DNA from: Acidobacteriota bacterium
Lineage (GTDB): Bacteria; Acidobacteriota; UBA6911; RPQK01; JAJDTT01
Direction of reading: 5' to 3'
Assembly: GCA_965217775.1 (NCBI GenBank)
Contig: CBDCJH010000002.1
Location: forward strand, 4,032,001 to 4,096,000
Length of the DNA: 64,000 bases
Below the pieces are notes generated by a model, which was not told where the DNA came from, searched no databases, and saw nothing but the letters and a program-made list of their open reading frames with translations. This document shows positions 10,993-20,499 of the stretch, one piece after another (the stretch's first letter is position 1; the number at the start of each line of letters is the position of its first letter). The position numbers and the translations under genes are program-made.

Positions 10993-12203
10993 GGTTCATT
11001 CCTCCCATCCGGACCGCCGGCCAGCCACTCCAGATTGAAACGGGCGAAGCTGATCCGCTCGTAGGGACTGCCGGCGCCATTCTCGTACAGCAGGCCGACC
11101 GTGCCGTCTTCCAGCACCGTGAGGCAAGAATAGGCCGACGGGCCCGGGTGAACGACTTTGGAGTGGGGCCAGGTCTTCCCCGAGTCGAGACTCAGCCGAA
11201 CCGTCATGTTGACCCGCTCCTTTCGGTGGGCCGGGTTCGAGAACAGAAGCCGATCCTTGACCTGGCCGGCCGCCCCGGCGCCGTGTCGGATCAAACCAGC
11301 CTGACACCGGGGTTCGATCAGCGCGGTGTCGTGTCTCAGCTCCGACCAGGTCTCCCCTCCGTCGCCGGACGTGGCGACGGCCCGGCATTCCCTTCCATGG
11401 TAGCTCCGCATGTTGAGCATCAGGTCCCCGCTCGCCAACTCGACGACCTGGCATTCATTGGTGGCGGGTCCTGCGCCCGACCCCATTGTCCAGCTCTTGC
11501 CCCGGTCGTCGCTATAGGCAACCGACGAGAAATCTCCCTGGTGGTCGGATCCGTCCATGCGACGAGAATAGCAGGGCAGGATGAGGCGACCGCTTTTCGT
11601 CCGGATCCCCCGGCCCGGAGCGGCCATGACGGCCAGCCAGCCCTCGCGGGTGAGCTGGCGAGTGATGTCCGCGGGTCCGGACCAGGTTTGTCCATCGTCT
11701 TCGCTGACGATGGCGTGCAACGTGATGATCCGGCCGGTTCGGTCCGGTTTGACCCCCGCGGGAAGGATCTCGTTCGCCCGCTCCAGAGACTCGGAATCGG
11801 GCCAGACATGATCGTAGATCACCCAGACGTTTCCCGTCTGGCCATCCACCAGCATACAGGGGTCGCAGGCTGCCCGGCGCCCGGGGAAGTCCGCGACGAC
11901 GGTCATTTCCGACCAGGTTTCACCCTGGTCCAAGCTGCGTTTCAGGACCAGATCGATGTTGTTGGGGGCATCTCCAGGTTCCTCCACCCGAGCATCGCAG
12001 AGGGCCAGCAGCGTCCCCTTCACCGTCGTCACCAGGGCTGGAATTCGGTATTCCCGAATCCCGTTTGCGCCGGCGACGAAGATGTCCATTCGCCGGAAAA
12101 AGGGACGTGTCCGCAGGGGCGGCGACGGTCTGCAGAAAGACATCCCTCCTGTCGCCAGGAGGGACGACTTGAGAAAATCCCGGCGTTTCCATGTGTTACT
12201 CAT
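10989..12203 (-). CDS. Sialidase-family (GH33-like) protein with Tat signal
   Basis: KRRDFLK, YRIP motif, five SxDxGxTW-type Asp boxes. Confidence 0.9.
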   Translation of the reverse strand: MSNTWKRRDFLKSSLLATGGMSFCRPSPPLRTRPFFRRMDIFVAGANGIREYRIPALVTTVKGTLLALCDARVEEPGDAPNNIDLVLKRSLDQGETWSEMTVVADFPGRRAACDPCMLVDGQTGNVWVIYDHVWPDSESLERANEILPAGVKPDRTGRIITLHAIVSEDDGQTWSGPADITRQLTREGWLAVMAAPGRGIRTKSGRLILPCYSRRMDGSDHQGDFSSVAYSDDRGKSWTMGSGAGPATNECQVVELASGDLMLNMRSYHGRECRAVATSGDGGETWSELRHDTALIEPRCQAGLIRHGAGAAGQVKDRLLFSNPAHRKERVNMTVRLSLDSGKTWPHSKVVHPGPSAYSCLTVLEDGTVGLLYENGAGSPYERISFARFNLEWLAGGPDGRNEP

Positions 12204-12227
12204 GCTGAAAGCTCCCATCGCTTGTAG

Positions 12228-13997
12228 TCAGGGTTCGTCCGCAGCCGTTTCCTCGCGGGTCCCGATCCGATTGGCCGGCAAGTCAAAGAGTCGGCGGCTG
12301 GAAGCCGCCGCTCCCGCCTCCTCGATGGTCAGGATCCTGTTGGCGGGCAGCGCCCGCAGCACCTGCGTCCGGCCGCTCGGCCAGTCGACCCGGAGGCGAT
12401 CCAGCGCGGAGGACCTACCCAACCCAAGATGCACCCGAGGATCCTGGCTCGACAGATAGCTGGCCGCCCGCTGGACCTGGGTCACGACGACCCGATCGCC
12501 GAGGTGGGCGGTGAGGCGACTCCCGATGCCGTCCCGGTTGCTTTTGGTGCCGACCAGCTTCAGTAGCAGCCAATTGCTTCGATTGCCGCCGTCGTTCCGG
12601 AGCAGCTGCACACCTCCGGCGTTGTTGGTCACCAGCGCGTCGACGTCGCCGTCGTTGTCGATGTCGGCAAAGGCCGCGCCCCGCCCCACGTCCCGGACCG
12701 AAAAGCAGTCCCCCGCCTCCCGCGACCGTTCCCGGAACTTCCCTTCCCGATTGTCATAGAGGAGCTTCTCCTGGTGAAAGCTGGTGTCGTCCCGGTACTC
12801 GGCGATACGGGGGATCACGTGCCCGTTCACGGCCATCACGTCCAGGTCGGTGTCGTTGTCATAGTCGAAGAAGCGAACGCCGAACCCCACCTTCAGGAAA
12901 CTGTTCTTGCGGATGCCGGTGTGGCGCGTGACTTCGGCGAACGAACCGTCCCCCGCGTTGCGGAAGAGCGCATTTCCCTCGGAGGTGAAGTTGGTGACGA
13001 TCAGGTCCAACCGTCCGTCCCCGTCGTAGTCGCCGAAGTCCACTCCCATTCCGGCGCGGGCATGACCGTCCTCATTGTAGGCGACTCCGGCCAGGAAACC
13101 GACCTCCTGGAAGGTTCCGTCCCCCTGGTTGTGAAAGAGGAAATCGGCCACGGTGTCGTTGGCAACGAACAGGTCCATCCAGCCGTCCCCATCATAGTCG
13201 GCGAAGGCCACTCCCAGAGACTTGCCGCGTACGCTTGCGATACCGCTGTCCCCGCTCACATCGGAGAAGGTCCCGTCGCCGTTGTTGCGGTAGAGGACAT
13301 TGGGATCACCCTGGAAGGCGCTGGGATGGCAATAGGACCGAAAGCCCCCACCCGAGCAAGGAGGATTCACTGCGGTGTCGAACAGGACGTAGTTGCAGAC
13401 GAAGAGATCGAGGAGGCCATCCCGGTCAAAATCGAAAAATCCGGCGCTGGTGGCCCAGTGCCCCGGGTTCCGGACTCCTGCCGAATCGGTCCCGTCGATG
13501 AAGGTTCCGTCCCCGTTGTTGACCAGCAGGACGCTTCTCCCGTATCCGGTGACGTACAGGTCCGGGTCGCCGTCGTTGTCGTAGTCTCCCGCCGCCGCCC
13601 CCATGCCGAAGAGTCCCCGGAGATCGATCCCGGACTGGGCCGTGACCTCGGTGAACGTCCCGCCGCCGTCGTTCCGATACAACTGGCTGTTGGGGTCGGT
13701 GGCCGGTTTCGGCTCCGGCAGACTCGATCCGTTGACCAGGAAGATGTCCTGGTCGCCGTCCCGGTCATAGTCGAGGAAGGCGGCTCCCGGTCCCGCGATC
13801 TCGGGAAAATAGAATTCACCGGCGGCCCCGTTGAAGTGCCGGAAACGAATGCCGGCCTCGGCCGTGATATCCGTGAATTGGACCGGAGCCGCCGGCAGCC
13901 ACGTCCAAAGTGCCAGGGGCGGCAGGGCCATCCGAGTCCAAAGCCGGATCGCCCTACCTCGATCCAAAGACGGAGAAGTCGTCGCCGACCCCTGCAT
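12228..13997 (-). CDS. CRTAC1-family FG-GAP/ASPIC-UnbV protein
   Basis: DYDxDG repeats. SNRDGIG...HLGLG...WPSG C-terminus. Confidence 0.92.
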   Translation of the reverse strand: MQGSATTSPSLDRGRAIRLWTRMALPPLALWTWLPAAPVQFTDITAEAGIRFRHFNGAAGEFYFPEIAGPGAAFLDYDRDGDQDIFLVNGSSLPEPKPATDPNSQLYRNDGGGTFTEVTAQSGIDLRGLFGMGAAAGDYDNDGDPDLYVTGYGRSVLLVNNGDGTFIDGTDSAGVRNPGHWATSAGFFDFDRDGLLDLFVCNYVLFDTAVNPPCSGGGFRSYCHPSAFQGDPNVLYRNNGDGTFSDVSGDSGIASVRGKSLGVAFADYDGDGWMDLFVANDTVADFLFHNQGDGTFQEVGFLAGVAYNEDGHARAGMGVDFGDYDGDGRLDLIVTNFTSEGNALFRNAGDGSFAEVTRHTGIRKNSFLKVGFGVRFFDYDNDTDLDVMAVNGHVIPRIAEYRDDTSFHQEKLLYDNREGKFRERSREAGDCFSVRDVGRGAAFADIDNDGDVDALVTNNAGGVQLLRNDGGNRSNWLLLKLVGTKSNRDGIGSRLTAHLGDRVVVTQVQRAASYLSSQDPRVHLGLGRSSALDRLRVDWPSGRTQVLRALPANRILTIEEAGAAASSRRLFDLPANRIGTREETAADEP

Positions 13998-15345
13998 AGA
14001 TGTGGAATCTTTCCTTCCGCGAACGCTCCTGTTGCAACTCCAGCCGCTTGAATTCCCGGAGCAGCCGTTGGGCCTCCGTCCTGCGGCCCAGCTTGGCGTT
14101 GACCTGCGCCGCCTTGTAGTGTGCGGAAATGTGATCTTCTTGCAAAGCCAGCACCCGATTCAGGAGAGTCAGGCTACCCGGGTAGTCGCCCTCCTGGAAG
14201 CGGATGAGGGCCTGGTAGTAGAGGGTCTCCACCCGGTCCGGCTCCCGCCGGCGAACCTGCTCGAAGTAGGGTTCGGCCTCCGCCTCGAGTCCCTGCTTGT
14301 AGAGACTGACGCCGAGGTGATGTGCCGCGTCGGTGGAATCCGGGTCCAATCCAAGCACTCTGCGAAGCTCGGCCGCGGCTTCGTCGAAGCGCCCTTGCAT
14401 TCCATAGGCGAGTGCCAGGTGAAGGTACCCCTGGGGATCCCGGGGACGGTACCGAATGGATTCCCGGAACGAGTTGATGGCCTGGTTGACCTTGCGCGCC
14501 AGACCGTAGCCGATCCCCATGGAACTGACGACTTCGGGATCTCGTCCCCCACGCTCCGCCGCTTCCCTGAGAACCGTGACGGCGTCGGCATAGCGGCCGC
14601 TGTCCAACAGCATCAGCCCCAGGGCATGGAGTCCTTCCCCGTCGTGCGCGACGAGCCGGCGCAGCCGACGGGTCGTTACCGCAGCCTCCGGCTCCCTACC
14701 CAACTTGAACTGCGTCTTGGCCAGATGAAGGAGCAGTTCCGGGTCGTCAGGCGCCTGACGCAGGGCTCGGACGGTGGTCTCCCGGGCGGCTTCAATGTCA
14801 CCCGCATCAGAGAGCACATTGGCCACTCCCTTTAACGAAGGGAGATGGGCCGGATTCCAATGGAGCACCCGCTCGAAGTGGCGCCGGGCCTCCTGGAGAC
14901 GACCGGTCTTGGCGTAGAGGCGCGCCAAGTTGCTTCGAGCATCGATGAAATCATCGCGGAGGCTCACGGCCCGCTCGAAGTATTCGATGGACCGGTCCGG
15001 CCGGCCTCGCAGGTCGGCGACGATCCCGGCCACGTTCAATGCCTGCGGTATGTCGGGGAAGTCGGCGAGTAGCGCCCGGATCTTCTCGTCGGCTCCGGCA
15101 TAGTCCCCCGACTCCAGCAAGGCGATGGCACTCCGATAGAGCGCCTGCGCCTGATCCCGATCCTGTCCCGGGAGGATGGACCCGGCGCCGAGCACGAGAA
15201 AGAGAAGCGCTACCAACGCGGAGGCATTTCCACACCTGCCCGTAACGCCGGCAGGGGAGTCATCCGTCTGGGGCTCGGGATTCGGAATCGGCCTGAAGCC
15301 TGAGTTTCGGAAACAGACGGCGGGGGAAGGAATAAAGTCTTTCAA
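13954..15345 (-). CDS. Tetratricopeptide repeat protein (start uncertain)
   Basis: Multiple TPR units after a hydrophobic segment. Confidence 0.85.
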   Translation of the reverse strand: MKDFIPSPAVCFRNSGFRPIPNPEPQTDDSPAGVTGRCGNASALVALLFLVLGAGSILPGQDRDQAQALYRSAIALLESGDYAGADEKIRALLADFPDIPQALNVAGIVADLRGRPDRSIEYFERAVSLRDDFIDARSNLARLYAKTGRLQEARRHFERVLHWNPAHLPSLKGVANVLSDAGDIEAARETTVRALRQAPDDPELLLHLAKTQFKLGREPEAAVTTRRLRRLVAHDGEGLHALGLMLLDSGRYADAVTVLREAAERGGRDPEVVSSMGIGYGLARKVNQAINSFRESIRYRPRDPQGYLHLALAYGMQGRFDEAAAELRRVLGLDPDSTDAAHHLGVSLYKQGLEAEAEPYFEQVRRREPDRVETLYYQALIRFQEGDYPGSLTLLNRVLALQEDHISAHYKAAQVNAKLGRRTEAQRLLREFKRLELQQERSRKERFHIYAGVGDDFSVFGSR

Positions 15346-15435
15346 AAGGCTCTATCCCTTTTCACAGGCGGTCTTGTCGATCCGGATCTAATCGGATACG
15401 CGGGTGAGGGGACCGAGGCCCCTCACCCGCACCAT

Positions 15436-18400
15436 TCAGAATGAAAATCTCAGTCCAAACTGGAAGATCCGTCCGGGCAGGGCGCTCGAAACCACGCCGA
15501 AACTGGCTCGCTCCAGTCGACTTCCCGGTTTGCCGAAGTTCACGTTGTTGAAGAAATTGAAGGAGTCGAACCGAAGCTGGAACTTGGCCTGCTCGTTGAA
15601 TTGAGGAACGTAGAAGTTCTTGGCCACGGAGAAATCGAAGTTGATGTAGCCGTCGGTATCCAGAAAATGGACGCCGCTGTTGCCGAAGGTGCCCAGCGCC
15701 GGCATCTGGAAACACTTGGTGCCGAACCATTGGTTGATGGCCCGCCCCCCGTTTCCGTCACAGGTGCGATCGGGCCGCTTGTTGGTGGCGATCTGCTCGG
15801 TGTTGGAAGGATCGAACGAGGTCGTGGGATGGAAGCCGAAACCGCTCTGCAGGCTGCCGATCCCCGAGAGCTGCCAGCCCCCGAACAGGTTCCGGGTGAA
15901 GGTGCTCATACCCTGCATCCTGGGCGTCTCGTAGATGAAACTCGTGACGAATCGTTGGCGCACGTCGAAGGTGCTGCGGCCCTTGTCCGGCTTGCCCGGC
16001 ACATAGGCCCGGGACCCCTTGTTGTCGAAGGAATCCCAGTCCAGCGACTTGGAGTAGGTATAGGCTGCAGTGAAGCTCAAGCCGCCGCTCAACCGCTTGC
16101 GCAGGCTCGTCTCCAACCCGTGATAGTAGGCTTGGCCTTCGCCCTGGTCGGTCAGAATCCAGGCGTAGTTCTTGAAGGGCCGCTTGGTGATCCGGCACGC
16201 GCTCCCGCATTCCGGCTGCTGCGGATTGCGAAGGACGTTGATGTTGCGGCGCTTCGACATGTGAATGCCGTGGGAGCCGACGTAGGCGATCTCGGTGAAC
16301 AGGTCGGAGCCCCAGGTCTTCTGCATGCTCAGCGTCCAGACCTGCTGGTAGGGATCCCGCCGCTGGGTCTCACTGTTCATGATGAAGAAGACGTTGGGAC
16401 CCATGATGGAGGTGGGCTCGACGGCCGGGGGATCCGGGAGTTGCCCCGTGGTGCTCAGGGTGGGCGCCAGGAGGTCACTGATGTAATTCTGCCCGACCCC
16501 GACACTGGGTCCGATGGAGTCCCAGCCTCGATCGTTGCCCGGCACGTCATCGTAGAAGACGCCGAAGCTGCTGCGGATGGCGAGATCGTCGCGCCCGCCC
16601 GGCGTCCAGGCAAAACCGATCCGCGGCGCGAAGTCATTGCCGTCGATGTCCACCAGTCTCGGCTTGTCCGGCGTGGCCTGGATCGTGCTTCCGTCACCCT
16701 CTTGAATGAAAAGCATGATGAGGTGGTCCTCGTCGGTTTCCCAGGGGTAGACCTGATACCTCATGCCCAGGGACAGAGTGAAGTTCTGAGCCAGCTTGAT
16801 GTCATCCTGAATGAATCCGTTGTACCAGATGGCATGCTTCTTGACCGGGCTCTGGTAATTGACCCCGTCGATGCTGCTGGGATGCCCCAACAGAAAGTCG
16901 GCGAAATTGTGCCCGCTGAAATTGTTGTTGAAGGTGAACCTCCCGGCGTGGCCGCTCACGATGGCCAGATCCTGGCGCTTTCTCCGCACCTCGGCGCCCA
17001 GCATGACCTGATGTTTGCCTTCGATCCAGTTCACGTTGACCAGGTAGTGCTGATCCTTCTGAACCGGTTCTTCGCAGTTGTTGCTCCAGGTTCCGAAGCC
17101 ACCCACTCCGCCGATGCCCAGGGACAGGACGCGGTTGCACACGGGAACCGTGTTGATGTTCTTGACGCCGAAGACCTGACCCCAATCGGTCTCCGTGTCC
17201 TGGGACCGGCCGGCGGCGGAGAAATCCACCCGGTTGAGGCCTCCCTTGAGGTTGAGGGTCAGTGCGGGACCGAAGACGTGAACCCAATCGATCACCATGT
17301 TGTCCGCGTGCAACGGGCGCGTCGAGTCCTCCCGAATGATTCGGTCCTCCAGCCGGTCCGACCGGCTGTAGGAATAGCGGCCGAAGAACTTGTCGTTTTC
17401 GGAGGCCGCGTAGTCGAAGCGCACCAGCACCTTGTTTTCGTCCACGACAGTCAGCGTGGGGCCGATGTAGTTCAACGCTGCACCGGGATGGGTGGGACCC
17501 GGAATGAATCCCCTTTCCATCCAGGTCTGAGCGAAACCGTCGATTCGAGAACTCGGGACCTGGTTGTTGTTGAAGGGGTTTCCGGTCATGGGGTCGACCA
17601 GTTGGGTGTCGGGGAGGAGGTCGGAGAAGTCTCCGTTCAGCCATCCGGCATGGGGAACGCTCCCTCTCCCGGTTCCGGACTCCCGGCCGCGGATCCCCTC
17701 GTAGCTTCCGTACCAGAACAACTTGTCGGAGAGAATCGGGCCACCCACCTCGAAACCGTACTGGTTGCGAAGGGTTTCCGGGCTGCCGACGTCGAAGAAA
17801 TTGCGGGCGTTGGTGTTGTCGTTCTGGTGCGCTTCCCAGAGCGTGCCGTGAATTTCGTTGGTGCCCGATTTGGTCACCACGTTGATGACGGCGGCGTTGT
17901 CGTAGTTACCGGCAAAATAGCCCTTCTGGACCTTGAACTCCCGCAACGTCTCCACCGCCGGGACCGTGGCCACCAGTCCGATGTAGAACTCCTTGCTGGG
18001 AATTCCGTCGAAGAGGACGTTGGTCGACACGTGCCTCTGACCCGAGATGGCCACCTGCAGGTTGCTCCGGTTGGCGTAGGACGAACCGAACTCGCCGGTG
18101 GGGAGCTCGGGCGTCACTCCGGCCGTAATGCTGGCCAGGGTCATGAAGTTCTTCTCACCCGAGGGGAGCTCGAGAATCTCGGTCTCTCCGACCACTTCAC
18201 CCAGTGAGGGCTCCTCCGACTCGACGACGTTGCGGGACGCCTGCACCGTCACCTGCTCTGCGATGGCGCCCACGTCGAGGGCCACATCCCGTCTCACGAC
18301 GCTGTCCACCCGGACCTCGATCCCACTGATCACAGTGGTCTTGAAACCGGGCAGGGCGGCCGTGAGATCGTAGATGCCGGGGGGAAGGTTGGGGATGCGA

Positions 18401-18606
18401 TAGAGTCCCTGATCATTGACCACCGCCACCGAATCCACGCCCGTGGCCGTATTCGTGGCCGTGACCTCCGCTCCGGGAAGCACCGCGCCGGAAGTGTCGG
18501 CCACGTTGCCGGTGATGGTGCCCGAAATCTGCTGTCCCAGGACACCGGCGGAGGCCATCAGCACCAGAGCTGCCGCCAGAACGAGTTGCGAGGTTTTCCT
18601 TGTCAT
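15436..18606 (-). CDS. TonB-dependent receptor with N-terminal carboxypeptidase-regulatory-like domain (Oar-like)
   Basis: Signal peptide, GTITGNVADTSGAVLPGA, TKSGTNEIHG, NDFAPRIGFAW, terminal FQFGLRFSF. GGAG upstream of 18606. Confidence 0.92.
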   Translation of the reverse strand: MTRKTSQLVLAAALVLMASAGVLGQQISGTITGNVADTSGAVLPGAEVTATNTATGVDSVAVVNDQGLYRIPNLPPGIYDLTAALPGFKTTVISGIEVRVDSVVRRDVALDVGAIAEQVTVQASRNVVESEEPSLGEVVGETEILELPSGEKNFMTLASITAGVTPELPTGEFGSSYANRSNLQVAISGQRHVSTNVLFDGIPSKEFYIGLVATVPAVETLREFKVQKGYFAGNYDNAAVINVVTKSGTNEIHGTLWEAHQNDNTNARNFFDVGSPETLRNQYGFEVGGPILSDKLFWYGSYEGIRGRESGTGRGSVPHAGWLNGDFSDLLPDTQLVDPMTGNPFNNNQVPSSRIDGFAQTWMERGFIPGPTHPGAALNYIGPTLTVVDENKVLVRFDYAASENDKFFGRYSYSRSDRLEDRIIREDSTRPLHADNMVIDWVHVFGPALTLNLKGGLNRVDFSAAGRSQDTETDWGQVFGVKNINTVPVCNRVLSLGIGGVGGFGTWSNNCEEPVQKDQHYLVNVNWIEGKHQVMLGAEVRRKRQDLAIVSGHAGRFTFNNNFSGHNFADFLLGHPSSIDGVNYQSPVKKHAIWYNGFIQDDIKLAQNFTLSLGMRYQVYPWETDEDHLIMLFIQEGDGSTIQATPDKPRLVDIDGNDFAPRIGFAWTPGGRDDLAIRSSFGVFYDDVPGNDRGWDSIGPSVGVGQNYISDLLAPTLSTTGQLPDPPAVEPTSIMGPNVFFIMNSETQRRDPYQQVWTLSMQKTWGSDLFTEIAYVGSHGIHMSKRRNINVLRNPQQPECGSACRITKRPFKNYAWILTDQGEGQAYYHGLETSLRKRLSGGLSFTAAYTYSKSLDWDSFDNKGSRAYVPGKPDKGRSTFDVRQRFVTSFIYETPRMQGMSTFTRNLFGGWQLSGIGSLQSGFGFHPTTSFDPSNTEQIATNKRPDRTCDGNGGRAINQWFGTKCFQMPALGTFGNSGVHFLDTDGYINFDFSVAKNFYVPQFNEQAKFQLRFDSFNFFNNVNFGKPGSRLERASFGVVSSALPGRIFQFGLRFSF

Positions 18607-18923
18607 AGATCCGTGTCTCCACAAAGACGAGTCATATTGGGGACGCATGGAGGGCGTTTCCTCAAGAAGTTCAGGCAGCCAGAGAAAACTGAGAGTCAGA
18701 GAAAACTGGCAACCTGAAAAAAAAGTTGAAGGCATTTTGGGTGCGCTCAGGAACCATTGTCAAGACAACGGGACATTTTCGTTCAGTACCGCTGCCGGTA
18801 CGCTATGTCCATGCTGCCGGACAGGTCCGTGAATCCATACTCATGGAGTTATTCGGTGACCGATGGACAACTCTCGAAAGAAGCCACAGAATCCAGAAAT
18901 CCCAGGGGGCGAGTCCATCCAAG

Positions 18924-19439
18924 ATGTTGAAACTCTTCGTCTACGGCACCCTCAAGCGAGGCTATGGGAACCACAATCGCTTCTGCCGGGGAGCGTTGGA
19001 CATCCAGGACGCACAAGTTCGCGGCCGCCTTTACGACGGACCTGGCTTCCCGGTTCTCGAGGTGCCCGGCGAGGACGTCCTGGCCTGCGGAACCACGGAT
19101 CCCCTCGCCGACGTGGATACGCAGGATCGCCTTTCCGGCCGGGTCGGAAAGTACCCTCGACCGGTTCCGGAAGGCACCAGAACGGGGGGCTGGGGGGCCG
19201 TGTACGGGGAACTCCTCACCTTCGACGACCCGGAATCCCGGTTGCCGGCCATCGACCGGCTGGAGGGCTTCCGTCCGGATGGTCCCAGCCTCTACCGGCG
19301 GGTCCTGGTGCCGGCGACGGTGGGTGGTGTGCACGAGCCCGCCTGGCTCTACACCCTCGAAGCCCCACACATCAAACACCGCCGGATCGTATCCGGGTGC
19401 TGGCCCCAGCACCCGGATGGGTCGGAAGCGGTGCGCTGA
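18924..19439 (+). CDS. Gamma-glutamylcyclotransferase / AIG2-like protein
   Basis: LFVYGTLKRG, VYGEL, IDRLEG, LYRR motifs. Confidence 0.88.
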   Translation: MLKLFVYGTLKRGYGNHNRFCRGALDIQDAQVRGRLYDGPGFPVLEVPGEDVLACGTTDPLADVDTQDRLSGRVGKYPRPVPEGTRTGGWGAVYGELLTFDDPESRLPAIDRLEGFRPDGPSLYRRVLVPATVGGVHEPAWLYTLEAPHIKHRRIVSGCWPQHPDGSEAVR

Positions 19440-19443
19440 CCTC

Positions 19444-20283
19444 TTATTTCACCCAGAACCGATACAGCGGCTTCACGTCTTCCGGCAGGGACTCGTAGAC
19501 GCTCTTTCGCACCGGCGGCAGCTCGTAGTTCTTACCGCCCGTCTCCACCACCATGGCGGTGTGCTCGGGAGTGCCGATCAGGGTGGGATTCAGGTTCAGC
19601 CACCACGGGGCGTAGCGAATCAGGATGGCGACCCTGGGCTCCCGGCTCCGATTGGGTGCGACCGCGTGCCAGAGCCGGCTGTCGCTCACGAACACGCTCC
19701 CGGCGGGGCCGCAGACGTTCATCTCCGTCGGGTAGGAGTCGTCTTCAGGGACCGAGTTTCCGCCGCCGGCCGGGTTGCTGGAGGTTCTGTGACTTCCGGG
19801 CACCACCAGCGTGCCTCCCGTCTCGGCGCTGAAGGGAGACAACATCCAGATGGTCGAGATGTGCATCATGACGTCGGGGTAGGGTGCGCGGACGTGGGAG
19901 GCGTTGGTTCGATTGTAGGGCCAGTCCGCGTGCAGATAGCCGCGCCCGTTTCCCGGATTGTTGATCACGCAGTCGGTGCAGGAGATCCGGACCCACGGGC
20001 CGAAGAAGGCTTCGGCCAGATCCAGGATCCGCCGGTCGGCCAGGTAGGGCGCGAAGGCCTGGGTCTCGTTGATCACCTGGCGGAGATTGGCGACCCCCAT
20101 GACTCCGACCCGGTGACCCCGGGCCCGGGTCGCCGCCAGCTCGGCTTCGGCTTCCTGGTGCCGCCGGGCCTGGGCCTCCAAGACGCTCTTCCGGACCTCG
20201 TCGACCTGCTCACTGGGGATGATTCCTTCGATGACACAGAACCCGTCCACCTGCAACCGGCGGATCCTCTCCTTCGTCGTCAT
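19444..20283 (-). CDS. PhyH-family Fe(II)/2OG dioxygenase
   Basis: DGFCVIEG, HAD, GGTLVVPGSH, LWH. The longer ORF-track start lies inside the MITE. Confidence 0.88.
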   Translation of the reverse strand: MTTKERIRRLQVDGFCVIEGIIPSEQVDEVRKSVLEAQARRHQEAEAELAATRARGHRVGVMGVANLRQVINETQAFAPYLADRRILDLAEAFFGPWVRISCTDCVINNPGNGRGYLHADWPYNRTNASHVRAPYPDVMMHISTIWMLSPFSAETGGTLVVPGSHRTSSNPAGGGNSVPEDDSYPTEMNVCGPAGSVFVSDSRLWHAVAPNRSREPRVAILIRYAPWWLNLNPTLIGTPEHTAMVVETGGKNYELPPVRKSVYESLPEDVKPLYRFWVK

Positions 20284-20319
20284 TCGAACCTCCGTGGCCG
20301 ACCGGCCGAGGCTTCCTTG

Positions 20320-20478
20320 CAGTCCGTGGTGAAAGTCCCGCGAGCACCGAGACCGTTCCTGCGCCCGCCGGACAAGGCGCTTCGGAGGGAGCATACCGGG
20401 AGTATGTGACCGAGTCGCAACGCAGTCCGCCGGGATGCAGGGACGGTCGAATGCCGTGACGACTTTTGCCACGGGCTG
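20320..20478. mobile_element. MITE family A, copy 2 (159 bp, TSD CTTG), intergenic
   Basis: Same TIRs as copy 1. cttg on both flanks. One nt longer in the central stem. Confidence 0.93.
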
Positions 20479-20499
20479 CTTGGCCTGCCAAACGATGAG

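Noticed and set aside
19444-20472. MITE-derived N-terminal extension of PhyH (ORF-track start 20472)
   Set aside because: An ATG at 20283 with a GGAGG RBS gives a normal PhyH. The extension only reflects the stop-free MITE.
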